Source of the DNA: Candidatus Bathyarchaeota archaeon
GTDB taxonomy: Archaea > Thermoproteota > Bathyarchaeia > Bathyarchaeales > Bathyarchaeaceae
DNA length: 41,027 nt
Assembly: GCA_020346825.1 (NCBI GenBank)
Contig: CP070791.1
Coordinates: 920,463 to 961,489 of the forward strand
Direction: 5' to 3'
The notes under the pieces: model-generated
What the model was told of the DNA's origin: nothing
The model's input: only the letters and a program-made list of their open reading frames with translations
Database searches by the model: none
Shown: one piece after another, positions 1-8,770 of the stretch
Layout: every line of letters starts with the position of its first letter
How positions within the stretch are numbered: position 1 is the stretch's first letter
Program-made: the position numbers and the translations under genes

Positions 1-1451
1 TTCTTCCGTCGGTGCTCATGATGCAGGAAATTTCGTATCCAACGGGAAACTCCTTGGCGGCTCACGTCTTCCATGGGCATGCGGGCAATCCTCGTAATAG
101 CTAGAATCAGTTTCATAACCAAATCATCATCAACGGTGGTGAGGGCCAAAGTAATCTCGCTATCTCTGAAGTTGTATAGAGCCAGCTCCGTATAGGTCAA
201 CTCGGACAAAGGTTTCTCAAGTTCAATTTTTTCTAGTCCTACCACAGCTTTACCAACTGCATTTAATGTTATGTTCCGATACTTCTGGCTGAAAGCGTAA
301 ATCTGGATAGCTCGGTTGAAGAAAAATTTGTAGAGGTCGATGTGAACCCCATATTTAAGTAGACACACTCTTCTTCCAAGCTCGATGGGAACCTGGCTTC
401 TCTTCAAACCAAAATGATTCAGAGCCCTATGGTATAGATATCGCAGATCGAAATCGTCTCCGTTGAAAGTGAGGACGAAGGGATAATCCCAAAGTGCTCC
501 AAAAATTTTATGAATCAACTTCTCCTCGGAATCGTAGTATTCAACGTTGACGTCGGAGGGCAAATTTTCCATGCCTTCCTTGACGCCTTCACGCTTCAAA
601 ATCAAAATCTCCTTCTCACCATCAGATCCAAGCAACGTTGCACACACAACTTGGTATGCGGCCTCCCGAGGATCAGGAACACGAGTTGGAATGGGCGAGG
701 CAACTTCGATGTCGAGGGCAACCCTGCGAAAGTTGGGAGCTGGATACTCTAGAAGGCGTGCCCACATTTCTACTCGCTGCACGAATTCTTCTGATTCATC
801 TCGAAAGAGTTCAAGAATCTTCCTGACAGTATCTTCGGATGGTTCATTTCTCGCTCTAACAAGATTGCCTTTCTCAATTTTATATATCATCCCTGGAGCT
901 AGACCGTTGTCGTAAATGTAGGATTGATAATACCTGATGAAAGCTTCCCAAACTTTTGCCGATTGATCTAGGCCGGTAATCTTTGCGTATTCTTCTGGTA
1001 TGATGTCTCTGATGCAACCGGTTGGACGGCCACCTACCGCCAAGGGGTCTTTAGCGACAACCTTTGTTATGGTCTTCTGCCGATCTGAGAGAGGGTCGTA
1101 CTTCTCCATGGATTCAAAGTGATCAAAACCGGGATGCGCCACTAGGCGACTGATCTTTTTGAGTTCACTCGTTGAAAGATCTGTGAAACAATACGGCTTG
1201 TGACCAGTCGTATCATACCAGAAATGGATTTTCCCGGATTCTGGCTCATACAACTTTAGGGCAGCGCACCCTTTTCTGCCGTCATATGTAGCAGATACGA
1301 AATATGAAGGGGGCAGTTCATGAGGATTTTCGGATTGAAAAACAATACTCTTACTCGCTTTGAGAGGCTTTTCAATGGAGAGGGATTCTTCTGTCTTCTT
1401 TCCTACCTTAGCAGCGTCTTTGAAGAAGTCATCCAAACTCCTTTTCATCAT
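1..1451 (-). CDS. polB: Family B DNA polymerase, N-terminal and 3'-5' exonuclease part (partial; continues past the window start)
   Basis: Absent from the ORF track because it runs off the window edge. My minus-strand translation from ATG 1451 (in-frame upstream stop at 1467-1469) reads MMKRSLDDFFKDAAKVGKK... and stays open to position 1. It carries ExoI (RRVALDIEV), ExoII (LTFNGDDFDLRYL) and ExoIII (YNFRDSEITLAL) motifs. Confidence 0.85.
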   Translation of the reverse strand, partial: MMKRSLDDFFKDAAKVGKKTEESLSIEKPLKASKSIVFQSENPHELPPSYFVSATYDGRKGCAALKLYEPESGKIHFWYDTTGHKPYCFTDLSTSELKKISRLVAHPGFDHFESMEKYDPLSDRQKTITKVVAKDPLAVGGRPTGCIRDIIPEEYAKITGLDQSAKVWEAFIRYYQSYIYDNGLAPGMIYKIEKGNLVRARNEPSEDTVRKILELFRDESEEFVQRVEMWARLLEYPAPNFRRVALDIEVASPIPTRVPDPREAAYQVVCATLLGSDGEKEILILKREGVKEGMENLPSDVNVEYYDSEEKLIHKIFGALWDYPFVLTFNGDDFDLRYLYHRALNHFGLKRSQVPIELGRRVCLLKYGVHIDLYKFFFNRAIQIYAFSQKYRNITLNAVGKAVVGLEKIELEKPLSELTYTELALYNFRDSEITLALTTVDDDLVMKLILAITRIARMPMEDVSRQGVSRWIRNFLHHEHRRK

Positions 1452-1601
1452 CTTCCTTCTTATCCGTTAGAAGGATACGTTCCAATCCCTTTAAAGAATA
1501 CTCTTAGAGTTGAAATCTGCTTTTCTCAACATGCTGTAGAAGGAATGCAGCCATCAAGCTTTTATTAAACGCGCAATTCAGACTCTAGCACGAGGGTAAG
1601 G

Positions 1602-2939
1602 TTGCTACGAGAAGCTTGGACACTTGCCATTGAAACGTTGAGCTGGATTGAATTGCAGCGAATGGGCGAGCGCCTAGCGTTGGCTAGGGCAGCGTCACAG
1701 CTGGAAATATTCGATTCTAAGGCTATTGGCTTAGCTCATAGAATGGTGTCTGAAACTCTTCGAAGAAAGAACTTCATCGACTTTCTCTTAAACTCGGCAT
1801 TAGCACCTAGGTCCCTCAGCGATTTCAAGCTTGGTCCACAGGCCTTCCTTCGATTATTCCTGTATGAAGCAAAAATAGTGGATAGCGATTTTGAGAAGGC
1901 TGTGAATATAGTCAGAATGGGGCGTTCAATTTTGGGATGGCAGGAACTTCAAGAGGTAGAAGAGGTTCTTGGCGGGATTTTGAGTATCCAACTTGGCTCT
2001 GTTCTGAAGGGAATAGACGATTTAAGGAAAGTGGGGCTCTTAACCTACCATCCCACATGGTTTGTGAAGTACTGTTTCAGATTATTTGGAAGAAAAGATG
2101 CCCTCACATTCTTGGAGAATGCAGCAGAGATTCCACCAACCTATGTACGGATAAACACTTTGAGAGCGTCAGAAGAAAAGTTGCTCAAAAAAATAGAGGA
2201 CGATAAGATTGTTCTTGAAAAGGTGCAACAACTCAAGCATACCTATAGGGTAGTTGAAAGCAAGATCCCCCTCGTCAGAACACAAAGCTTCCGCAAAGGG
2301 CTCTTCTACATTCAAGACAAAGCCAGTTGCCTAGCTGCAGAAATCGAAGACCCAGAAGCAGGAACGACGGTGCTCGACGTTTGTGCCGCTCCAGGAGCAA
2401 AAACAAGCTATTTGGCTCAGTTGATGGAAAACGATGGTACAATATATTCTGTTGACTATTCAAAGCGAAGGATGATGGTTTGGAAAGAGGAGATTAGACG
2501 TATGGGCGTCAAGATAGCATCACCGATCATTGCCAACGCACGGAAACCTTTACCACTGAACCTTTCCGCGGATCTAGTGATCTTGGATCCACCCTGCTCA
2601 AGCACAGGCACGTTCAGCAAGACGCCCTCCGCCAAATGGAGACTAACAAAGAGATCGATACTAGGAATGGCGAAAGTTCAGTGGGAGATTCTACACCAAT
2701 GCGCGGACTACACAAAAGAGGGAGGCTTTCTAGTCTATTCCACATGCAGCATAACTACCGAAGAAAACGAAACGTTGATTGGAAAATTCTTGAAGTGGCA
2801 CCCAGACTTCAAAATGGTAGAGACCTCGCCAAAAATAGGCTTACCTGGACTACACGGGCAGATTAAAAGTCAGAGGCTCTACCCACATCTCCATAACTGC
2901 AACGGATTCTTCATTACAAAACTTCAAAAAGAAACCTGA
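1602..2939 (+). CDS. RsmB/NOL1/NOP2/Sun-family RNA cytosine-C5 methyltransferase with NusB-like N-terminal domain
   Basis: 445 aa. SAM-binding motif VLDVCAAPGAKT, and catalytic Cys motifs ILDPPCSSTGT and LVYSTCS. TTG start as given in the track. Confidence 0.85.
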   Translation: MLREAWTLAIETLSWIELQRMGERLALARAASQLEIFDSKAIGLAHRMVSETLRRKNFIDFLLNSALAPRSLSDFKLGPQAFLRLFLYEAKIVDSDFEKAVNIVRMGRSILGWQELQEVEEVLGGILSIQLGSVLKGIDDLRKVGLLTYHPTWFVKYCFRLFGRKDALTFLENAAEIPPTYVRINTLRASEEKLLKKIEDDKIVLEKVQQLKHTYRVVESKIPLVRTQSFRKGLFYIQDKASCLAAEIEDPEAGTTVLDVCAAPGAKTSYLAQLMENDGTIYSVDYSKRRMMVWKEEIRRMGVKIASPIIANARKPLPLNLSADLVILDPPCSSTGTFSKTPSAKWRLTKRSILGMAKVQWEILHQCADYTKEGGFLVYSTCSITTEENETLIGKFLKWHPDFKMVETSPKIGLPGLHGQIKSQRLYPHLHNCNGFFITKLQKET

Positions 2940-2996
2940 ATAACAACAAAATCCTATGCCAAATGCACACTCAGCAAAGTTCCCAAATGCACGTAG

Positions 2997-3890
2997 CTAG
3001 CCTAACTCTATGCTCTCTTCTATGTGGCACATCACCTCAAAGATTGTTTTGGCGGCTTGGATAGCAGTTGTGCCCGCATCATAGTGAGGCGCAATCTCCA
3101 CCAGATCGAAGGCAACCATCCGAGGACTACAGGTCTTGCATAGAAGCTCTAGAAACATTTGCACGTCCAGTCCGTCAGGCTCAGGATTTTGAACTGCAGG
3201 TGCAAAAGCCGGGTCAAGGACATCCATATCAATGGTTAGATAGATTTTTCCACAGTCATCAAGTATTCCACGAATCTTTCTGACTGTTTCTTTGATGCCA
3301 TCCTTTCTGATTTGCTGAACCGTCAGAAACTCGATTTTAGATTTCTTTGCGTAGTCAAGTTCTTCCTTGCACACTGCTCGAGTGCCAATCTCTAAAATCT
3401 TGTGAGGTTTGACCTGTTCATTGATTCTCCGCATGAAGGTTGTGTGGGAGGTGATCGTGCCCATGTATTCATTGCGCAGGTCCAGATGGGCGTCGAAACT
3501 TACCACGGTGACTTCTTCTTCAACGCTTCGCACAGCTCCCAAAGTTATGGTGTGTTCGCCTCCAAGGATTACTGGCATTTTCTTGGCATTCAAAATGTCC
3601 TTTGTAACCAACTCTAAACGGTTCAAGGTTTCATAGACCTCCCCAGCGATGTGAAGGTCTCCCAGGTCATGAATCTTCAGATCATCAACGTCCATTTTCC
3701 TCCTGAAACTGTAGGTTTCAATGTTAAGAGATGCTTCTCTTATTACATGTGGCGCAAATCTGGCTCCAGAACGATACGTGCTCGTTGCGTCCAAGGAAGC
3801 CCCCAAAACCACGTACTTGGCTTCTTCGAAGGTTCTCTGGGTGCCAGCGAAAGTCAGAGACGGAGAAACGAAAAGCTCACGATAACTCAT
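2997..3890 (-). CDS. speB: Agmatinase (arginase/ureohydrolase family)
   Basis: 297 aa with ureohydrolase metal-binding motifs GGEHTITLG, SFDAHLDL and TIDMDVLDPAFAP. Confidence 0.85.
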   Translation of the reverse strand: MSYRELFVSPSLTFAGTQRTFEEAKYVVLGASLDATSTYRSGARFAPHVIREASLNIETYSFRRKMDVDDLKIHDLGDLHIAGEVYETLNRLELVTKDILNAKKMPVILGGEHTITLGAVRSVEEEVTVVSFDAHLDLRNEYMGTITSHTTFMRRINEQVKPHKILEIGTRAVCKEELDYAKKSKIEFLTVQQIRKDGIKETVRKIRGILDDCGKIYLTIDMDVLDPAFAPAVQNPEPDGLDVQMFLELLCKTCSPRMVAFDLVEIAPHYDAGTTAIQAAKTIFEVMCHIEESIELG

Positions 3891-4015
3891 GCCAAATCAA
3901 CCCTCGCAGAACTCTGTCTATGAAAAACATTAGAAGTAGATGGGTATTTAGCGTTAACGTGGTTTTAGAGGGCACGCGCGCATCTCAGATAAGAAGTACT
4001 AGCGAATGAGTTCTT

Positions 4016-4246
4016 TCATGGAATAAGCAGCACCTGTGCAGACTTTTGACTTCTGCCGCTTCTTCTTTGATGTTTGATTTCTTCTTTGAGGCTTTCTATT
4101 TCCTTTCTTAGATTAATTACTTCGAAGAGGAGAAACATGTTGCCATGTCTGACGAAGTTGTCTACTTTCTCGCGAATGGTTTGTTTATTGATTTTGTCTC
4201 CGACCTTTCCGGAAATTTCTTTTGAAAGGATTTCTTTCGGATCCAT
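4016..4246 (-). CDS. Small hypothetical protein with a coiled-coil-like C-terminal half
   Basis: 76-aa ORF. An AT-rich TATA-like element (TTATTATATG, minus strand) lies about 30-40 nt upstream of the ATG. No recognisable domain. Confidence 0.4.
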   Translation of the reverse strand: MDPKEILSKEISGKVGDKINKQTIREKVDNFVRHGNMFLLFEVINLRKEIESLKEEIKHQRRSGRSQKSAQVLLIP

Positions 4247-4458
4247 CTTGATCAGAATCAGGTCATTCTATCATATAATAACCATTATGAACACAAGATT
4301 ATTATTCTAAATACTTGTCAAGCAGAGAGCAACGCTGGAGCGTCCAGACACAATTTTATCCTGTCGTCTTTGCGGTGCTTACATAAATGCTTGTAACGGT
4401 TTCGAGGAAAACTAATTTATTGCTTGGCGCATTATAGCGGTAGTGCAAGGAATGAAGG

Positions 4459-4833
4459 ATGCCTCTGAAATTGAGACTCAAGATTGATAATCCGATAGTG
4501 TTTTTGTTCTCGCTCTTCTACATTATTGTTGGAGCGGTTGAGCTTTTCTACACAGCAATTGAGAGCTTCGCTGCGCCTCCACACATTGGAGTCCTAGGCT
4601 TGCTAAGTCTAATCACAGCCTACGGCCTTGTTAGAATGAGAAAATGGTCAGTGCTATTTGCAGTCGCCCTCTTCTTTCTAGGTATAACGTTTAGCGCAAC
4701 CACCCTATACAACTCCATTATAATGCAAACCTTTGAGGGTGCGCCACTATTCCACGCAGCATTAATTGTATACATGGTCGTATTATTCATGGCCTTTGTG
4801 TATGTAGTGATGAAAAGGGGAGAATTCGAATAG
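4459..4833 (+). CDS. Hypothetical integral membrane protein (about 4 TM segments)
   Basis: 124 aa with four hydrophobic stretches (IVFLFSLFYIIVGAV, IGVLGLLSLITAYGLV, VLFAVALFFLGITF, ALIVYMVVLFMAFVYVV). No family recognised. Confidence 0.55.
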   Translation: MPLKLRLKIDNPIVFLFSLFYIIVGAVELFYTAIESFAAPPHIGVLGLLSLITAYGLVRMRKWSVLFAVALFFLGITFSATTLYNSIIMQTFEGAPLFHAALIVYMVVLFMAFVYVVMKRGEFE

Positions 4834-4981
4834 AAGCCGAAAAAAAATCTTGGTGAGAAGCAAAAGTTCACACAATTAAATAACAACTTATCGAAGCTTT
4901 GTTTCCCACATTGTTACGTGCGTTTGAACGCATGCACGCCCCAAAAAAGTAGATTGTTCAGAACAGTCCAAACTTGTGTTT

Positions 4982-6223
4982 CTACCTGTTTCTTGAGAAC
5001 AGATGAACGTCTATTTCCGTCCCGATGTCGATAAATTGCTGCTTTTCATGTATTTCAACGAAGCCATCAGCTCTTGCCAGTGTTGTTATAGCACCAGATA
5101 GACCCAAGGGAACAGGTGAAGCGAAGGGCTTACCCGCTTTGTCATAAGTTAGACTTACCATAACAAAAGTTCGGCGCCCTCTGGCTGAAAACATTTTCGT
5201 TGCCGCCACCGCATTGAGCACGGGTGGAGTCTCTTCGGTTCGTCCAGCAATTTTACAGACTATGGGACGAACAAATATGTGAAACATGAAAAGAGAAGAT
5301 GTCGGGTGGCCTGGCAGTGAGAAAACGAGTTTTCCATCAACAACGGCGATGGTAGTAGGTTTTCCCGGCTTCACGGCTATTCCAGATATGATTACACCCG
5401 GCTTTCCCAGGGAGTCCACTACTTGAGGAATCAAATCTTTGGGACCAACTGAAACTCCACCTGAAGTTATGACTACATCCGCTAGGTTCAACGCTCTCTT
5501 AACCGCCGCTTTCAGTTGATCCTTGTTGTCAGGAACAATTCCCATATTGATTGACTCTCCACCACATTCTAGAACCGCTGCGCCTAGGGCATGAGCATTG
5601 ATATCGTACACTTTTCCAGTTGGAAGAGGTTGTCCTGGTTCCACAACTTCTGCGCCCGTAGAGAGAACAGCCACTCTTGGACGTTTATAAACATCAACTT
5701 CTGTCACACCAAGAGCAGCTAAAACACCTATCCTACGCGAAGACAAACTTTGATGTTTTTTCAGGATTTTTTGACCCCTGCGAATATCAGAACCCGCTTC
5801 CATCAAATTCTCTTTCTTTGAAACAGGGCGGTGCAGGAAAACATTTTCGTCACTTCGAGTTGAGTATTCCACCATAACCACAGCGTCAGCGCCCTTGGGC
5901 AAGGGTGCCCCCGTGGCTATCTCAGCAGCCATCCCGTTTTCCACAAATGTGTTGGGAGATTCGCCTACAGAAACTTGGCCGCAAAATTTGAGAACAACAG
6001 GTTTGTCTTCATCAGCGCCAAAGGTGTCGCCAGCCCTCACGGCATAGCCGTCTACCGTCGATCGGTCAAAGGGAGGAACATCCATTGGCGACGTCATGTC
6101 CTCACTCAAGATTCGACCAAGCGCTCTTATCAAAGGGACCCGTTCCACTCCAACGGGTTTGGGAGAAAAGTTTTGTTTGAGAATTTGTCTGGCTTTGTCC
6201 AAAGGAATTAGCTTTCTAAACAT
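4982..6223 (-). CDS. moeA: Molybdopterin molybdenumtransferase MoeA (paralog 1)
   Basis: 413 aa with the MoeA layout and motifs: PPFDRSTVDGYAV, GADAVVMVE, LSTGAEVV, ITSGGVSVGPKD, KPGKPT, LPGHP. Confidence 0.9.
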   Translation of the reverse strand: MFRKLIPLDKARQILKQNFSPKPVGVERVPLIRALGRILSEDMTSPMDVPPFDRSTVDGYAVRAGDTFGADEDKPVVLKFCGQVSVGESPNTFVENGMAAEIATGAPLPKGADAVVMVEYSTRSDENVFLHRPVSKKENLMEAGSDIRRGQKILKKHQSLSSRRIGVLAALGVTEVDVYKRPRVAVLSTGAEVVEPGQPLPTGKVYDINAHALGAAVLECGGESINMGIVPDNKDQLKAAVKRALNLADVVITSGGVSVGPKDLIPQVVDSLGKPGVIISGIAVKPGKPTTIAVVDGKLVFSLPGHPTSSLFMFHIFVRPIVCKIAGRTEETPPVLNAVAATKMFSARGRRTFVMVSLTYDKAGKPFASPVPLGLSGAITTLARADGFVEIHEKQQFIDIGTEIDVHLFSRNR

Positions 6224-7460
6224 GTTTAGTCCCTTCTATACTGTCGAAAAGATGCACAGTAACGGATTCGCCTTCATCCAATCCCTCTCGGTTTTCAGGA
6301 ATCTCCACATATCCATTCGCTCTTGTCATAGTTGAAAAGATGGCTGATCCTCTTATTCGAACAGGCTCACCGAAAAATTCGCCGTTTCGTTCAAAAACGC
6401 GAACACGAAGAAAAATTCGCCGTCCCAAAGCCGACGCAACTCTCCGGGTTAGTCTCGCCTTAAGTGTTGGTCTAGGCTCCCACTCAACTCCCAGCAACTT
6501 GAGAAGGAAAGGTCGAACGAAAACCTCAAAGCCAATCATTGCTGCCACAGGGTTCCCAGGCAATATGAAAACTGGTTTGCCTTGAGTTACTGCCAGTGCC
6601 GTTGGCATTCCAGGTCGCATGGCTACACCATGCACGATTACTCCTGGGGGTCCAATTTGATTGACCACCATAGGAACCAGATCCGGGTTACCAACACTTG
6701 TTCCTCCAGTGGTAACAACTAAATCTGCCCGTTCTAGCCCTTCTCGGATTCTGGTGCCAATTTCCTTTAGATCATCTCTTGATATGCCTAGGTCTAATGG
6801 CTCAGCACCTACCTCTTGACACATACTAGAAAGGATTAGTCGGTTTGTTTCCACTATTTGGTAGGGTTTGAGTTTGTGACCTAACTCAACAAGTTCATTT
6901 CCTGTAGACAAAATAGCAACCTTAGGCTTTGACACAACATCAACATCGGTCGCTCCTAACGCTGCCAACAACCCTAAATGATGGGGCTTCAATCTTGTCC
7001 TTGCTTCTACTGCAACCTCTCCTTTTTGCACGTCTTCTCCTTTTTTGGAAACATTTCTGCCAGGAGTAATAGCGATTCCTACCTCAAGCCGGTTCTTAGT
7101 CTTTCTCGTGTGTTCTAGCATGACTACAGCGTCAGCGCCTCTGGGAAGAGAGTTTCCAGTCCATATCTGTTTCGCCTCACCTTCATGGATTTCTTCATCT
7201 TCAGTCAGTTTCAGAGTCTTTGGGTTGAATTGAGATGCTTCAAAGGTGTTTTGCGCCTTCAAGGCGTAACCATCTACAGCTGAGCGATCAAAAGGTGGCA
7301 GGTCATTTCCAGCTAGGATCTTTTCTGCTGTCACTCGTCTTAAACTCATGCGAGTTGGGATTCGTTCACTCTTCAGACTTTCTTTTTCAAGTTTTTCGAT
7401 AAAGGCAGAGAATGCTTCGTCGATGTTTGTGAGTTTTTCGAATCCTTTGAGTCGCGCCAA
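6216..7460 (-). CDS. moeA: Molybdopterin molybdenumtransferase MoeA (paralog 2)
   Basis: 414 aa with the same motif set (PPFDRSAVDGYAL, GADAVVMLE, LSTGNELV, TTGGTSVGNPD, RPGMPT, LPGNP). TTG start. Overlaps paralog 1 by 8 nt. Confidence 0.9.
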   Translation of the reverse strand: MARLKGFEKLTNIDEAFSAFIEKLEKESLKSERIPTRMSLRRVTAEKILAGNDLPPFDRSAVDGYALKAQNTFEASQFNPKTLKLTEDEEIHEGEAKQIWTGNSLPRGADAVVMLEHTRKTKNRLEVGIAITPGRNVSKKGEDVQKGEVAVEARTRLKPHHLGLLAALGATDVDVVSKPKVAILSTGNELVELGHKLKPYQIVETNRLILSSMCQEVGAEPLDLGISRDDLKEIGTRIREGLERADLVVTTGGTSVGNPDLVPMVVNQIGPPGVIVHGVAMRPGMPTALAVTQGKPVFILPGNPVAAMIGFEVFVRPFLLKLLGVEWEPRPTLKARLTRRVASALGRRIFLRVRVFERNGEFFGEPVRIRGSAIFSTMTRANGYVEIPENREGLDEGESVTVHLFDSIEGTKHV

Positions 7461-7617
7461 AGTTCAGTCCCAGAGAGAGCAAGATAGTTTGAGTAGAAAA
7501 AGTTATCGCAACAGGTGCACACGCAAGTTCAAAATCTTTTCAAGGGAATTTTTGCCATAAAATCAGGGTGAAAAACCACCACTTGTGGACTTGTTCAATT
7601 CGCAGCAGGCACAGTGT

Positions 7618-8523
7618 TCATCTTGGTTTGTGGGTGCGATGTGTGCGAGAAGTATATTCTCCATACCCCAGGGCAACAATCGCAGAAATCCACGCAGCAG
7701 CGTTTTGACAAAGAGTGTATTTCCCAACGAGATCAAGATTGGTTAGAGATTCAGTTGCAGGTGTTACGAATCCTTCAATAATGGTTCTGAAGCCCGGCGC
7801 TATAGCACTTAGTGCCCTGTCAATGGTTGATGCCAACCATCCTATTGGAAAAAAAACTTGCGCAAATCCTTGCGCCATCTCGATTGTTTTCAACACAAAC
7901 CCGTGGAAAACTGGATTTGCGTCGTACAGTCCAGTAGCTAGATCGTGAAGAAAACTCGGATGCACTAGGGAATACGAAGAAAGAACCGAAACGAGAAAGA
8001 CTGTTAAAACGGTTGCAGTGCTTTTGACAGCAGCTCTAGCGAAAAAAGGCCGTTTCCGTGCAGACGAAACTCTGCGGCTTCGGGGAAAAACGTCGCCTAT
8101 TCGACGGAAAAAAGCTTTAGAAGCACGACCAACCCTTCCAAGTTTTCGCCATATCTTCGTGAGAAAGTTTCTGAACTGACCAAAACGCGTTTTTCGTGGC
8201 CTTCGGATGCGTCTTCTATGTCTCTCTAGCGGTTTCTTGGAGGGCAACATTCTACGAGGCATCATACCCACGCATTTTGTAAGATACATCCAACTTGAGA
8301 GGAGAACAAACATCACACCTAAGGGCATTAGGTGAAAGAGAGGGCTGATGCTTGTATTGAAAAAATTGAAGGTAAAGTTATCTGTTAAGCCAGAGAATGA
8401 GAAAAAACAAACCATAAGATACTCAAAGAAGGCTGCTATGGCAAAAAACAGTAGTATTGCAACAAAACTTTTAGTAGCAGTCCACCTGAAAATCAAGCGT
8501 TTCCTCCGATTCTCAGAAGCCAC
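7618..8523 (-). CDS. Hypothetical membrane protein with an extremely Arg/Lys-rich central loop
   Basis: 301 aa. GTG start preceded by the SD-like GGAGTGAG. N-terminal TM segments, then about 80 residues of basic sequence (PRRMLPSKKPLERHRRRIRRPRKTRFGQFRNFLTKIWRKLGRVGR...SRRVSSARKRPFF), then further hydrophobic segments. Confidence 0.6.
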   Translation of the reverse strand: MASENRRKRLIFRWTATKSFVAILLFFAIAAFFEYLMVCFFSFSGLTDNFTFNFFNTSISPLFHLMPLGVMFVLLSSWMYLTKCVGMMPRRMLPSKKPLERHRRRIRRPRKTRFGQFRNFLTKIWRKLGRVGRASKAFFRRIGDVFPRSRRVSSARKRPFFARAAVKSTATVLTVFLVSVLSSYSLVHPSFLHDLATGLYDANPVFHGFVLKTIEMAQGFAQVFFPIGWLASTIDRALSAIAPGFRTIIEGFVTPATESLTNLDLVGKYTLCQNAAAWISAIVALGYGEYTSRTHRTHKPR

Positions 8524-8670
8524 GATATCTCACTCCACAGCAATCCCCAGTTCTCTACATGACCGCTTAATCACGCACCATACGTAGGATTGTAATCCGC
8601 TTATTAATGTTAACTCGCTTCACTTTGGTTCATTCTTGATGCTTAGCGCGCGCTGGTAGATGATTTACTT

Positions 8671-8734
8671 AATATTGGTCTCTTCTCCCCAAAACAACAT
8701 TAAATTCTTGGTCTTCTAGAAATATTGGAATCTT
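8671..8734. promoter_or_regulatory. Three related direct-repeat boxes in a divergent promoter region
   Basis: The boxes are AATATTGGTCTCTT (8671-8684), AATTCTTGGTCTTC (8703-8716) and AATATTGGAATCTT (8721-8734). The outer two are exactly 50 bp apart. They lie just upstream of the TATA-like TATACATAA for the 8771 gene. Confidence 0.3.
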
Positions 8735-8770
8735 ATACATAATTCTGTAGATTGTGAAAAACATTTATTC

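Noticed and set aside
510-915. Three plus-strand ORFs of 62-122 aa near the window start
   Set aside because: All are antisense to the family-B DNA polymerase ORF, whose exonuclease motifs are clear on the minus strand.
1452-1601. Replication origin next to polB, or in the 33.05-33.75 kb spacer
   Set aside because: There is no orc1/cdc6 gene in the window. I could find no repeated ORB or mini-ORB boxes (TCCAGTGGAAA-like) flanking an AT-rich unwinding element, only isolated partial matches.
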